Below are positions 9,048 through 19,323 of a stretch of DNA of 64,000 bases, one piece after another (position 1 is the first letter of the stretch; each line of letters opens with the position of its first letter). Below the pieces are notes generated by a model. It did not search any database. It had not been told where the DNA came from and saw only the letters and a list, made by a program, of their open reading frames with translations. A program made the translations under genes and the position numbers. Source of the DNA: Verrucomicrobiota bacterium (GTDB lineage: Bacteria > Verrucomicrobiota > Verrucomicrobiia > Chthoniobacterales > UBA10450); contig QHQA01000021.1 in assembly GCA_003219695.1 (NCBI GenBank), positions 18,263-82,262 on the forward strand, read 5' to 3'.

Positions 9048-9930
9048 CCCAGCGGTCGCTGTTCACGGATTAACTAAACTTTTTCACGTTCCGTTCCATC
9101 CCACTCGCGAGGTTGTCGCGGTGAAGGACCTCAATCTTTGCATCGAACCGGGCGAGGTGTACGGGCTGCTCGGGCCGAATGGTTCCGGTAAAAGCACAAC
9201 CCTGAAAATTATTCTCGGCCTGGTATCGCCAACGCGCGGCCGCACGGGAATTTTTGGGCGTGATAGTCGTCTGGTAGAAAGCCGGGAAGCGGTCGGTTTC
9301 CTGCCGGAGAATCCGTACTTCCAAAAATTTCTCACGGGCGAAGAAACGCTGCGTTTTTTTGGACGTCTTTGCGGACTCAGAGGTGCAAAACTAAGGACTC
9401 GCGTCAACGAATTGCTGGACCTCGTCCGGTTACGCAAAGCGCGCCACCGCCGGCTGGGGACTTATTCGAAAGGGATGTTGCAACGCATCGGCCTTGCTCA
9501 AGCATTGATTCATGATCCCAGGCTGGTGGTACTAGACGAACCGACTGCCGGGGTCGATCCGGCAGGCTCGCGCGAGATTCGCGATTTGATTCTCGATCTG
9601 AAGCGCCGCGGAATCACAGTGCTGCTTTCCTCGCATCTGCTCGCGCAAGCTCAGGAAATTTGCGATCGGGTCGGCATTCTCGCCGATGGCGTACTGGTGC
9701 GCGAAGGACATTTGCAGGAACTGATCGCGATCGAAAATCAAACCGAACTTGTCATTGCCGATGCTTCCGATGAACTCGTCAACGAGATCGAGTCGCTTGT
9801 TAACCGCTCAAGCGCCAAACTGATTGAGCGGCGCAAATCGACGACCACATTGGAGAGATTGTTCCTCGAGGCCACAAAAAATGATGAAGCTCGAATATCG
9901 AATGACGAAGGAATGACAAAGCAGAAATGA
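9040..9930 (+). CDS. ABC transporter ATP-binding protein (ABC-2 exporter type)
   Basis: Walker A GPNGSGKST, signature YSKGMLQR, Walker B LVVLDEPTAGVD, H-loop SSHLL. Confidence 0.85.
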   Translation: MTNPAVAVHGLTKLFHVPFHPTREVVAVKDLNLCIEPGEVYGLLGPNGSGKSTTLKIILGLVSPTRGRTGIFGRDSRLVESREAVGFLPENPYFQKFLTGEETLRFFGRLCGLRGAKLRTRVNELLDLVRLRKARHRRLGTYSKGMLQRIGLAQALIHDPRLVVLDEPTAGVDPAGSREIRDLILDLKRRGITVLLSSHLLAQAQEICDRVGILADGVLVREGHLQELIAIENQTELVIADASDELVNEIESLVNRSSAKLIERRKSTTTLERLFLEATKNDEARISNDEGMTKQK

Positions 9931-10892
9931 CGAAGAACCAAAACGCTTCAGCGCTTCAACGCTCCGCAGGTCGCCATAGCGCTGGGGAAGGCGGTAACGC
10001 TTCAACGTCCGTGAAGCGGTATCGCCCGTTGTCTCTCTCGCGGATTCGCGCCATCACCACCAATACGCTTACCGAGCTGACGCGCCTGAAGGTTTTTTAT
10101 GTCCTGCTAGTCTTCGCACTGATTTTGATCGGCAGCTCTATTTTCATGGCGCAGTTCTCTTTTCAGCAGGAATTTCAAATCCTGAAGGACGTTTCCCTCG
10201 GCGCGATTTCGCTTTTTACGTCGCTGCTGGCGATCGTTGGCACTGCGCGGCTGCTTCCGCAGGATATGGAAGACCGCACGGTTTACACCATTCTGGCTAA
10301 GCCGGTGCCGCGCTTCGAATATGTGGGGGGAAAGATTGCGGGAGTTCTTTTGTTGCTGGCCATCAGCACCGTCGTGATGTGCGCAGCGTTTGTGCTCGTG
10401 CTGTATGGGCGCGAACAAGTCGTGATGCACGCCACGGCGAAGCAGATGCACGGCGCGCCGCCGGGCCAGGTAGCTGATGCGCTGCGCGCTGTCCAATCTT
10501 CCGCGTTCAATATCGATATCCTCCCGGGAATTCTGATCATTTACCTGAAAGCATGCCTGCTCGCGGCACTCACCCTTTTTGTTTCCACGTTCGCCACCTC
10601 GAACATTTTCACCATCGTGGTCATGGCGTTCATTTATTTTATCGGGCATTTGCAAGCGACTGCCCGCGAGTATTGGCTCCAGGGACACAGCAGCGGCCCG
10701 ATTACCCGCGTGTTCCTCGCGGTGGTCGCACTGCTCTTTCCCGACCTGCAGGCGTTCAACCTGGTTGACGATATCGTGGCCGGCACGACTATCTCGCTAG
10801 CACTCTTTGCCAAGACCGCCGTGCTCGGCATTTTCTACACCACCATCTACACGCTGTTGGCCGCTTTCGTGTTTTACGGGAAAGAATTATGA
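9927..10892 (+). CDS. ABC-2 type transporter permease
   Basis: Polytopic membrane protein translationally coupled to the ATPase (ATGA overlap). The first ~35 codons run through repeat sequence, so the true start may be later. Confidence 0.6.
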   Translation: MTKNQNASALQRSAGRHSAGEGGNASTSVKRYRPLSLSRIRAITTNTLTELTRLKVFYVLLVFALILIGSSIFMAQFSFQQEFQILKDVSLGAISLFTSLLAIVGTARLLPQDMEDRTVYTILAKPVPRFEYVGGKIAGVLLLLAISTVVMCAAFVLVLYGREQVVMHATAKQMHGAPPGQVADALRAVQSSAFNIDILPGILIIYLKACLLAALTLFVSTFATSNIFTIVVMAFIYFIGHLQATAREYWLQGHSSGPITRVFLAVVALLFPDLQAFNLVDDIVAGTTISLALFAKTAVLGIFYTTIYTLLAAFVFYGKEL

Positions 10893-11659
10893 TCCGAGCC
10901 ATGGTCGCGCTAGCAGTGTTGATCGCGCTCGGGGCGCTCAAATTGCCGGTTGAACGCAACCTGGCGACGCTTCATCGGCAGGAACACTTCGGCGGCGTCG
11001 AGTTTAATCTCGATCTACGCGAAAAACTTGGCCAGCTCGGCTTCGTGGCGGCGTTGAGTGGGTTTCGAGCCATCGTTGCCGACGCGCTATTTATCCAGGC
11101 GTACACGGCATGGGAAAACACCGAATGGGGCCGCATGTTATTACTGTTCCGGCAAATCACCACGCTCCAACCCCGGATGCTCCTGTTTTGGGATACAGCG
11201 GCCTGGCACATGGCTTGGAACGCGAGCGTCGCAGCCATGAACGATCAGACCCAGCCGCGCCTTGCGCTGCGAGTCAAAGCGCAGCGTGAATATTTTGCTC
11301 TGGGCAAGGATTTCCTCGAGCGCGGAATAAAGAACAATCCCGATCGCCCCGATCTGTATGAAGCGCTTGCCCGGCTATACAAGGAAAAATATAAAGACCA
11401 CCTGCGCGCTTCTGAATATTACGCGAAGGCAGCAGTCCTCCCCGGAGCGCCCACCTTCGACAGGCGTTTCTCCGCGTACGAGCTTTCTTACTGCGACGGA
11501 CACGAGCGCGAGGCGTACGAGCGGCTGCGCAGCCTCTATGACGAGGGCCCGAAGGAACGGCTGCCTACGTTGATTAAGCGGCTGAAGGTCCTCGAAGAAA
11601 AACTTGGAATCCCGCAGGAACAGCGAATTCCCGATAAACTAGGCAAAATCACCAAATAA
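10889..11659 (+). CDS. Membrane-anchored TPR-like protein co-transcribed with the ABC-2 exporter
   Basis: N-terminal TM helix plus helical repeats (LYEALARLYKEKYKDHLRASEYYAKAA). 4-nt overlap with the permease stop. Confidence 0.45.
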   Translation: MIRAMVALAVLIALGALKLPVERNLATLHRQEHFGGVEFNLDLREKLGQLGFVAALSGFRAIVADALFIQAYTAWENTEWGRMLLLFRQITTLQPRMLLFWDTAAWHMAWNASVAAMNDQTQPRLALRVKAQREYFALGKDFLERGIKNNPDRPDLYEALARLYKEKYKDHLRASEYYAKAAVLPGAPTFDRRFSAYELSYCDGHEREAYERLRSLYDEGPKERLPTLIKRLKVLEEKLGIPQEQRIPDKLGKITK

Positions 11660-11762
11660 TTAAGATCGTCGAATCGACTCGCGAAAGGCTCCCGAGTTAA
11701 CTTTTTGCGGCGACGAGGCGATTTCAATTGTAACGTTCTAACCCTTTAGGGGTTTAACTGTA

Positions 11763-12485
11763 ATGCGTTTTGCAATCTTCAGTGATATCTACGCGAACCT
11801 CGAAGCGTTCGAAGCAGTCGTGGCGGACGCGCGGCAACGTCGTTGCACCCAGTTTGTGTGCCTGGGCGACGTGGTCGGCTATAACGCCAATCCGCGCGAA
11901 TGCATAGAGCGCGTCCGCGAACTGGGTTGCCCCGTGGTAAAAGGCAATCACGACGAGGAGGCAACGCTTTCCGCGTCTTCGGAACGTTTCAACGAACTGG
12001 CCGAGCGCGCCATTCAGTGGACCCGCGACACTCTGACGGAAGAGGACAAGGAATGGTTGCGCAGTTTGCCGTTACAAAGGCAGGTGCACGGTTTTACGAT
12101 CGTGCACGCCACGCTCGATACGCCCGGCGGATGGGGCTACGTTTTTAACAACCTCGACGCCGTCGCAAGTTTCACTTATCAGCGCACCGCCGTTTGTTTT
12201 TTCGGCCACACGCATCTGCCCACGGTATTCATTCGGGATCAAGGCGTCCGGCAGGAGCGAACCGGCCACGTGCACATCGAGCCAGCCACAAAGTATTTCA
12301 TCAACGCAGGCAGCGTCGGGCAACCACGCGACGGAAATTGGCGCGCGGCCTATTGCATTTACGATGTTGAGAACAATCTGGTCGAACTGTTGCGGGTAAA
12401 ATATGATCTGGCGACGGCGCAAGAGAAGATTGCCAAAGCAGGCCTGCCGCAGCTCCTCGCCGAGCGTCTCGCCATGGGACGCTGA
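11763..12485 (+). CDS. Metallophosphoesterase (YfcE/MJ0936-like)
   Basis: MRFAIFSDIYAN, VCLGDVVGY, GNHD, GHTH and NAGSVGQPRD motifs. Confidence 0.75.
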   Translation: MRFAIFSDIYANLEAFEAVVADARQRRCTQFVCLGDVVGYNANPRECIERVRELGCPVVKGNHDEEATLSASSERFNELAERAIQWTRDTLTEEDKEWLRSLPLQRQVHGFTIVHATLDTPGGWGYVFNNLDAVASFTYQRTAVCFFGHTHLPTVFIRDQGVRQERTGHVHIEPATKYFINAGSVGQPRDGNWRAAYCIYDVENNLVELLRVKYDLATAQEKIAKAGLPQLLAERLAMGR

Positions 12486-12509
12486 CGTTGCGCCGTTGAG
12501 GAGGGAGAG

Positions 12510-13211
12510 TCAATTTGCCACAGGCTTCGCCGCCCGTTGTGTGAGCACAAACTCCGCCAGCGGCAGGTCGCGCGGATAAGTGATTTTGAAATTGAAATCA
12601 TCGTTGAGAACGAGAAGTACCTTGCGACAGAGTCGCTCGACTGCTGAAACCTCGTCCGTTACCGAAACAGCGTCTGCATAAACGGCGCGATAGGCGTCAT
12701 CGATCAACTGCCGCTCGAAAATCTGCGGCGTTTGCATCGCGTACAGTTGATGTCGATCCACCGAGTCGGTTACCAGAAGAGCGGTATCTGCGCGTTTTAC
12801 AGTCTCGTTGATTGGCTCTGCCAGGGCAGCCGCGCCGTGAACGCGGGACTGCTCGAAGACTCGCTCGATCTGCTCCGAAGTAACCAGCGGCCGCGCGGCG
12901 TCGTGCACCGCGACGTATCGTGCAGCTGCATCCAGATATTCCACGCCAGCGCGGACGGAATCCTGACGGTCTTTGCCACCCGGAATGATCGACCGAACCT
13001 TTTTGAAATTTTCATCGCGAACGATCGTTTTGATTTCAGCGTGCCGGTTTTCCCGGCCGACGACGATGATTCCATCGACCGAGCCGGCGCGCTCAAATGC
13101 GCGTATCGCGTGCGCGATGACTGGTTTGCCGGCAATCGTCGCGAACAATTTATCGAAGCCCATGCGCTCGCTATTCCCCGCAGCGACAAGGATCGCCGTT
13201 AGCATGAGCAA
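12510..13211 (-). CDS. ispD: 2-C-methyl-D-erythritol 4-phosphate cytidylyltransferase
   Basis: AILVAAGNSERMGFDKLF, IIPGGKDRQDSV, VAVHDAARP. Confidence 0.85.
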   Translation of the reverse strand: MLMLTAILVAAGNSERMGFDKLFATIAGKPVIAHAIRAFERAGSVDGIIVVGRENRHAEIKTIVRDENFKKVRSIIPGGKDRQDSVRAGVEYLDAAARYVAVHDAARPLVTSEQIERVFEQSRVHGAAALAEPINETVKRADTALLVTDSVDRHQLYAMQTPQIFERQLIDDAYRAVYADAVSVTDEVSAVERLCRKVLLVLNDDFNFKITYPRDLPLAEFVLTQRAAKPVAN

Positions 13212-13217
13212 GAAAAG

Positions 13218-13309
13218 AAACGCCCAACATTCAACATCGAACGCCCAACGTTAAATTCAGAGTGCACCAATTCGGCGTTGGGTGTTCCGCGCTGGGCGTT
13301 CGATGTTTT
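13218..13309. repeat. Palindromic repeat aacgcccaacattcaacatcgaacgcccaacg ... cgttgggtgttccgcgctgggcgttcgatgtt (family H)
   Basis: Inverted arms in the yqeY-ispD spacer. A half-copy lies at 48400..48436. Confidence 0.7.
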
Positions 13310-13311
13310 CT

Positions 13312-13764
13312 TCACTGCAGTTGCTTTTGCACTTCCGCGCTCAGCGTCTTGCCGTCCGTTCGACCCGCGACTTTCGCCTGCAATGCTTTCATCACTGCGC
13401 CCATCTGCGCCTTTGATGTCGCGCCAACTTCCGAAATGGTTTCGCGCACAACTTTTGCCAGTTCGTCAGCGCTCATTGCCTGCGGCAAATACGCATTCAA
13501 AATCGACAACTCTTCTCTTTCCTTTTCGGCCAGTTCCGCGCGCCCGCCTTTTTCGAAGCTCTCGATGGAATCCTGGCGTTGCTTGACTTGTTTGCGGATG
13601 ACTCGCGCGGCCTCAGGGTCACTCAGTTCGGCTTCTGTTCCTGATTTTGCAATGGCAGCGTATTTCAAAGCCGATTTCAGCATGCGCAGAACGCCAAGCT
13701 TCGTTGTGTCTCTGGCGCGCATGGCCTCTTTCAAATCGGAATCCAAACGCTCCTGCAATTTCAT
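13312..13764 (-). CDS. GatB/YqeY domain protein
   Basis: LQERLDSDLKEAMRARDTTKLGVLRMLKSALK ... RQDSIESFEKGGRAELAEKE. ATG 13764 inside ORF 13312..13806. Confidence 0.8.
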   Translation of the reverse strand: MKLQERLDSDLKEAMRARDTTKLGVLRMLKSALKYAAIAKSGTEAELSDPEAARVIRKQVKQRQDSIESFEKGGRAELAEKEREELSILNAYLPQAMSADELAKVVRETISEVGATSKAQMGAVMKALQAKVAGRTDGKTLSAEVQKQLQ

Positions 13765-13840
13765 GTGTGCAAAACTACGGCAGCGCCATGCAATTGTCGA
13801 TTGCACAGCAGCCCCAATCGAGCCGGCGACTGGCTCGCGC

Positions 13841-14968
13841 CTAACGAATGGTCGCCAGGCCAGCTTCTACCTGATCACGGTGCGCCTCTGTAATCGGCTG
13901 GGACGCAGTCGGCGGGATTTCCAGCCAGCCCGCTTCATCAAAGAACCACGACCGGCGTTCCAGTTTAGCAAAAATGGCGCGCGCGGATGAAAAAATGGAG
14001 ACCGGAATGGTGAATTGGCCTGCGAAAGCGTTGCCATAATATCGTGCCCCGGCGACGTAGCCCAGCGACGCCGAGTCCAGAATTTCAACGCGTGAAGATC
14101 GGGCGGGCACGCGCATCCTCACACAACGCAAGGCGCCGGCGTCATCGCGTCCCAAGACAAAAAGTGTCGATTCGGACAGACGCATCGCTTTGGGCGAGAA
14201 CCGCACCTCCACGCGAAGCGAACGAGGCAGCCTGAAGACTGAAACGATTGAGCCATCGCCGATGGTTTTATCGCATGCGTAAAGCCTAATCAGGCGCTCC
14301 GGCCGGCCAGCGTATCCGAGAAACCGTTTCCTCGATAATTTGAGCTGCGTTTTATGACAGCGAATTGCCTGAAGTTTAGTCGCTGCTTCTAGGCGGGATT
14401 GGCAGATCGTCTCTGCGCGATCAAGGAACGCGGAGCTCCTGCCGTGAACAGCATAACTCCAAACAGCCATCTGTCCGGTTGCTACCACTTCCGAAAAAGA
14501 TTCGCTCAAGACAAGCCGAAGCATTACCGCGAGCGCGCTATGGTCGGGATGCGTATCAGAAATCGACGGCGCCAGAAGGTCTGTCGGCTCCCAATCAACG
14601 ATGATTGGTGCGAAGCGTTCGAGCGCAGATTGACCATTGCACATTAATATGGCGGTTAATTTTTGATCGGGTAAGGCCAGAAAACGCGCGGCCGAACTAT
14701 TCACGCCAAGAACACGCAACGCCGCCAGCGCCTCTGTGCGTCGCAATCTTCCCCAACGTCTGCGGTCGGCTGCGCTCAAGCGCCACTTGCGTTCGAGCAG
14801 GCGTTGCGGCCAGGGATTATCGTCGCCATCCGTAACATAGACGACACGAACAGCTACGCCGGCCCGAACTGCCCGTTGCAGAAGAATGCTGCATGCGAGC
14901 GATTCATCGTCCGGATGCGGCGCGAATAGCAATAAGCGAGAACGCGATGTAAAGGCTGGAATCAGCAC
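13841..14968 (-). CDS. PIG-L/LmbE family deacetylase with an extra C-terminal domain
   Basis: LLLFAPHPDDESLA, VYVTDGDDN, DTHPDHSAL, then about 150 additional residues of unknown fold. Confidence 0.7.
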   Translation of the reverse strand: MLIPAFTSRSRLLLFAPHPDDESLACSILLQRAVRAGVAVRVVYVTDGDDNPWPQRLLERKWRLSAADRRRWGRLRRTEALAALRVLGVNSSAARFLALPDQKLTAILMCNGQSALERFAPIIVDWEPTDLLAPSISDTHPDHSALAVMLRLVLSESFSEVVATGQMAVWSYAVHGRSSAFLDRAETICQSRLEAATKLQAIRCHKTQLKLSRKRFLGYAGRPERLIRLYACDKTIGDGSIVSVFRLPRSLRVEVRFSPKAMRLSESTLFVLGRDDAGALRCVRMRVPARSSRVEILDSASLGYVAGARYYGNAFAGQFTIPVSIFSSARAIFAKLERRSWFFDEAGWLEIPPTASQPITEAHRDQVEAGLATIR

Positions 14969-15014
14969 GGCTAGTCCTCTAGCAGAAGTGCAGCCAAAGG
15001 CAACGCCGGAACTC

Positions 15015-16781
15015 CTATCCTTTTGCCGGCGAGCGGGAGAATTTTACAGGAATAAAGTTCCGAGCCACCGCCTTGGCCCAGAGAAGAGCGAGTTGTGTTC
15101 TGGATGACGTTTGCACAAAAGTGTGTTCGCCCGGCGCGAGAAACCGTGCGCCATCATACGGCTTCCCGTCCAGCATTCCTTCTACCGGCCCATCTGGGGC
15201 GACAATCTCATAAGAGGCCGGGATGACCACTGCGAAGTCCATCCGTCTGTTGTCGGTCGCAGAGGATTTCAAAAACCTGCCGGCTACCTCCAAATCGTTG
15301 CCGACGGGAATATAATTTTCCCAGATAAATTGCTCCGCCTTGCGAGGCATTCGCCCCATCATGACCGCGACACACGTGTGAGTCTCAACAGCTCGCTCGG
15401 CAGCATCGTCGGCTAGAAGACCTCGGTTGAGACGCTCCAATGTAATCGATTCCATGACCGGCCAAAAACAGCGCTGCCGAAAGATGGTTTCGCCTTTGCA
15501 ATCGAGAACGTAATCGCCGGGGTCGGTCAATCTCAAAACGCTGCGGAGCAAGTTCGCCTCGACTTGCGGGCTGTTGATCCAAAATCGAGGCGTCGCAAGC
15601 ACCAGAAAAAATTCAGCGAGAGCGACAAAGGCCGGCAAAGGAACTCGGCGCAGATAATTGCTGGCACGCAGGTCGGATCTCGCCAGGTGAGAAGAAAAAG
15701 CAAGCAAGATTCCGCTAATAAATACGAATGCGAGAGGATAGAACGGAAGGTAATCCTGCCGCATCAGAATCTTCCAGAAGCTGCGCAGCGCTAGCACATA
15801 AAAACCGCAGATGAGAAAGATGAAAGCGCGCCGGAAGGCCACTGCCGGCTCGGGAGTGGCGCGAACGATTAGGCGCGCAGCATAAATCGCAAATGGAAAG
15901 ACCACTGGAAAAACGATGATCCACCAGGCTGGATGATATTTGGCATCGAGACTCGACAGAATGTTGTGGTCAAAATTGCAATAACGAAAATCGCGCCACA
16001 GACCAGCGAGCGCGAACGCTGCGGCGATGATGCCCGGAACGAGAGTGACCGCAGCCAGGAATGCCGCGGCGCAACACGCCAAATGCGACCATGATTGGCC
16101 AAGCTGTTTTCTCCTCACCAGGAAGAGCGCAATAGTTGCACTGACTAAAAGCGCGAGGAGCAACAGAATCGACTTCATCGAGATGCCGAAACAAAACCCA
16201 AGCAAAAGGCCTCCGACCAACGCTCGGCGCATTGTCAGCGCCTGGCTGAGTAGCGTTGTAACACACAAAAGCCACAGCGGCGCCCACAGGTTATCAGTCC
16301 GAAATTCGAGTGAAGTAAAATGATGCAAGGCATAGAGACCGACCAAGATCACCGCCCAGACTCCGGCGCGCCGGGAAAAAAGTAATTCCCCAATTCGATA
16401 AGTGCACCACGCGCCGACAAAGTACATCGGCAAAAGGATGAAGCGCATCCAGTAAAGAATGGTTGCCCGGTCGCCAATCAGCGCAAAAATCGGCGCGAAA
16501 ATTATTTGGAAGAGGGGCATATGATTATCGAACACATCGCGGTATTGAACGAAGCCGCGGGCCCACGCCCAGATGACATGCATATGCTGTGACTCGTCAC
16601 TGTCGAATTTGAACCGCATGATACTAACGAGCTTGAACACAACCATGAGCAGGAAAAGACTCACGGCGGCCATGAACTCCGCCGGTCCCGACATGCCAAA
16701 ATAATCAGCGCCGCGTTGGGCGATCGACCGGTGCCGTGAAGATGCAGGTCGGATAGTTGATATTGTGGCTTCCAGCGCCAT
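15015..16781 (-). CDS. Polytopic membrane protein, GT-C fold glycosyltransferase-like (ArnT/PMT_2-like)
   Basis: More than 10 predicted TM helices, a first-loop acidic motif FDSDESQHMH and a soluble C-terminal domain. Sits next to the PIG-L deacetylase. Confidence 0.5.
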   Translation of the reverse strand: MALEATISTIRPASSRHRSIAQRGADYFGMSGPAEFMAAVSLFLLMVVFKLVSIMRFKFDSDESQHMHVIWAWARGFVQYRDVFDNHMPLFQIIFAPIFALIGDRATILYWMRFILLPMYFVGAWCTYRIGELLFSRRAGVWAVILVGLYALHHFTSLEFRTDNLWAPLWLLCVTTLLSQALTMRRALVGGLLLGFCFGISMKSILLLLALLVSATIALFLVRRKQLGQSWSHLACCAAAFLAAVTLVPGIIAAAFALAGLWRDFRYCNFDHNILSSLDAKYHPAWWIIVFPVVFPFAIYAARLIVRATPEPAVAFRRAFIFLICGFYVLALRSFWKILMRQDYLPFYPLAFVFISGILLAFSSHLARSDLRASNYLRRVPLPAFVALAEFFLVLATPRFWINSPQVEANLLRSVLRLTDPGDYVLDCKGETIFRQRCFWPVMESITLERLNRGLLADDAAERAVETHTCVAVMMGRMPRKAEQFIWENYIPVGNDLEVAGRFLKSSATDNRRMDFAVVIPASYEIVAPDGPVEGMLDGKPYDGARFLAPGEHTFVQTSSRTQLALLWAKAVARNFIPVKFSRSPAKG

Positions 16782-16801
16782 CTCCGTTTAATCCCAGGAG
16801 G

Positions 16802-17737
16802 CTAATTCTGCGCGGCAATTCTCTCCGCGCACTTCCGAATCGACTCGGCATCGCTGACTGAAATTAAATCAGCGTTTTTCCGCGTGCGCCGCAACAGTCC
16901 TGACAGCACCCCGCCCGGTCCCAGTTCAACGAAAAAATCGCAGCCCAATTCGACTAGCCGCTCCATGCAATCGAGCCAGCGCACTGTGCCGGTGACCTGA
17001 TCCTGCAAGGTGCGGCAAATTTCAATCGGCGTTCTGACCTCCGCCCCGGTCACGTTGCTGATTACAGGAAACCGCGGCGGTTGCACCGGAACGTGCTGGA
17101 GCGCAGCGCCAAGTTTTTCATATGCGCTTTCCATCAAGCGGGAATGATATGCGCCCGCCACATTCAGCATCGTTGCGCGGCGAACTCCGTACTCACGGGC
17201 AACACCGACCGCTGCTTCCACTTTCGCGCGCTCGCCCGAAATGACGATCTGCCCGGGAGCGTTAATGTTCGCAACATCGACGTCCTCATCAGCAGCCAGC
17301 CGGCGCACATCGTTTTCTGCACCGCCGATCATTGCCGCCATCGCGCCCGAGGTCGCGGCGCAGGCTTCGTCCATGAATTCACCGCGCCTCTCCACGAGTT
17401 TGATCCCCGTCGCAAAATCGAATGTGCCCGCCGCGGCATGTGCAGTCAATTCGCCTAACGACAAGCCCGCCGCGCCGCCGATGGGAAAATTGCCAGCGAG
17501 CTCGCGCAAGACCGACCAGCACGCCAGCCCGTGAACGAAAAGCGCAGGCTGACAATTCGATGTCCTGGTCAATGCATCGAGCGGCCCTCTCCAGGCAATT
17601 TCGCTCAAGCTCCGCCCGAGAACGTCATCGCCTTTCTGAAACAGTTCGGCTGCCGTAGGGAACTGTTCCGCCAGATCGCGGCCCATCCCGACGACTTGCG
17701 CGCCTTGGCCGGCGAAAAGCAGCGCGATTTTCTTCAT
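16802..17737 (-). CDS. fabD: Malonyl-CoA:ACP transacylase
   Basis: LLFAGQGAQVVGMG, active-site GLSLGELTA, NAPGQIVISG, VAGAYHSRLM. Confidence 0.9.
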   Translation of the reverse strand: MKKIALLFAGQGAQVVGMGRDLAEQFPTAAELFQKGDDVLGRSLSEIAWRGPLDALTRTSNCQPALFVHGLACWSVLRELAGNFPIGGAAGLSLGELTAHAAAGTFDFATGIKLVERRGEFMDEACAATSGAMAAMIGGAENDVRRLAADEDVDVANINAPGQIVISGERAKVEAAVGVAREYGVRRATMLNVAGAYHSRLMESAYEKLGAALQHVPVQPPRFPVISNVTGAEVRTPIEICRTLQDQVTGTVRWLDCMERLVELGCDFFVELGPGGVLSGLLRRTRKNADLISVSDAESIRKCAERIAAQN

Positions 17738-17783
17738 GCGGTTTTCACCATCGTTGCCCGGTACGCCCGATTCAATACCAAAT

Positions 17784-17847
17784 GGTAGGGACGGATCGCC
17801 GAGCCGTCCATTGAACGTTGTGGCGCGCCCGGCGGTCGCGCCCTACC
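17784..17847. repeat. Palindromic repeat GGTAGGGACGG.TCGCCGAGCCGTCC ... GCGCCCTACC (family K)
   Basis: Lies in the fabD / nuoD divergent spacer. A second copy is at 62966..63009. Confidence 0.75.
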
Positions 17848-17916
17848 AAGAAAAGCGTACTGAAATCGCTTGCGCGCAGTGATTCACTCGGCAGCGTAAA
17901 TCAACTGTCCAATCCC

Positions 17917-19173
17917 ATGCCATTCACGACGCGCGAAATTGAATCGCCCGATCCGGTCACGCGCGTAGCCGCGGCGGATGCGGCGCTGCAACAGCCTGAG
18001 GACGACATCGGCGAGAAAATGGTGCTCAACATGGGGCCGTCGCACCCGGCGACGCACGGCGTTTTGCGGCTGGTGCTGGAGCTCGACGGCGAGATCATTA
18101 CTAGGGCCACGCCGGACATCGGGTTTCTGCATCGCGGCGACGAAAAGATTGCCGAGAACATGCAGTACAATCAGTTCGTCCCGTACACCGATCGGCTCGA
18201 TTATCTCGCGCCGCTGTCAAATAACGTGGCCTATGCGCTGGCGGTGGAAAAACTCATGGGCTGGGACATTCCGCCGCGCGGAAAAGCCATTCGCACCATT
18301 TGCTGCGAAACCTCGCGCATCTCCTCGCACCTGCTGGGGCTCGGCGCGATGGCGCTCGATCTTGGGGCGATGACGGTTTTCCTTTACACGTTCACCGAGC
18401 GCGAAAAACTTTATGATCTTTTCGAGCTGCTCACCGGCGCGCGATTTACCACTTCCTACACGCGCGTGGGCGGGCAGATCCGTGATTTGCCGGAGCAGTT
18501 CATTCCACAACTGAAAAAATTCCTCGACGATTTCGAGCCGAGCCTGAACGAGTGCGACAGGCTGCTGACCCGGAACAAAATTTTCGTGGATCGCACCAGG
18601 GACGTTGGCGTCATCTCGAAGGAGCGCGCGATTGCTTATGCCCTCTCCGGCCCAAACTTGCGCGGAAGCGGGATCGAACACGATTTGCGGCGGAAACATC
18701 CGTATCTCGATTACGGCCAGTACGACTTCGACGTGGTGATTGGCAGTGCAGGCGATTGTTACGATCGTTATCTGGTGCGCATCGAGGAGATGCGGCAAAG
18801 CGTGCGGATCCTGCGGCAAGCGATCGATAAACTTCCCGGCGGCCCAATAAACGTCTCGGATTGGAAGAACATGACGCCACCGAAGTCGCGAGTCATGACC
18901 AAGATGGAGGAGCTCATCCATCATTTCATCGTGGTGACGGCGGGACTCGACGCGCCACCGGGCGAAGTTTATGTCGCAGCCGAAAATCCCAAAGGCGAGC
19001 TTGGCTTTTACATCAACAGCAGAGGGGGCGGGGTGCCGTATCGTTTGAAAATTCGCGGGCCATCGTTTGTGAACCTCAGCATCCTCCCCGAGCTTCTGCC
19101 GGGTTGCATGGTAAGCGACGTGCCCGCAGTGCTGGGCAATCTGGACTTCGTCATGGGAGAATGCGACAGATGA
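17917..19173 (+). CDS. nuoD: NADH-quinone oxidoreductase subunit D
   Basis: MVLNMGPSHPATHGVLRLVLELDGE, HRGDEKIAE and the C-terminal VLGNLDFVMGECDR. ATG 17917 inside ORF 17818..19173. Confidence 0.9.
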   Translation: MPFTTREIESPDPVTRVAAADAALQQPEDDIGEKMVLNMGPSHPATHGVLRLVLELDGEIITRATPDIGFLHRGDEKIAENMQYNQFVPYTDRLDYLAPLSNNVAYALAVEKLMGWDIPPRGKAIRTICCETSRISSHLLGLGAMALDLGAMTVFLYTFTEREKLYDLFELLTGARFTTSYTRVGGQIRDLPEQFIPQLKKFLDDFEPSLNECDRLLTRNKIFVDRTRDVGVISKERAIAYALSGPNLRGSGIEHDLRRKHPYLDYGQYDFDVVIGSAGDCYDRYLVRIEEMRQSVRILRQAIDKLPGGPINVSDWKNMTPPKSRVMTKMEELIHHFIVVTAGLDAPPGEVYVAAENPKGELGFYINSRGGGVPYRLKIRGPSFVNLSILPELLPGCMVSDVPAVLGNLDFVMGECDR

Positions 19174-19175
19174 GC

Positions 19176-19314
19176 GGAATGACGAAATCCGAATGACCGA
19201 ATGACGAAGGAAATCCAAATGACGAAACACGGAACTACTGGAGAGCTGCGAGGCAACGACTCGTCATTCGTGCCTCGTCATTCATTCGTCATTCGCCATT
19301 CGTCATTCGTCATT
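19176..19314. repeat. Inverted arrays of the ATGACGA / TCGTCAT heptamer (family C)
   Basis: (g)aatgacga x4 ... central loop ... tcgtcatt x6. Immediately after the nuoD stop. Confidence 0.85.
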
Positions 19315-19323
19315 TTGACAATC

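Noticed and set aside
18217-19230. Long antisense ORFs opposite well-supported genes. Examples: 18217..19230, 20289..20948, 22238..22801, 22690..23460, 24934..25437, 47205..48173, 59391..60026, 62078..62860, 3004..3618, 910..1644.
   Set aside because: Each lies fully within a gene with strong family motifs on the other strand. Their translations are Arg/Ala/Gly-rich with no motifs, which is typical of mirror ORFs in GC-rich DNA.
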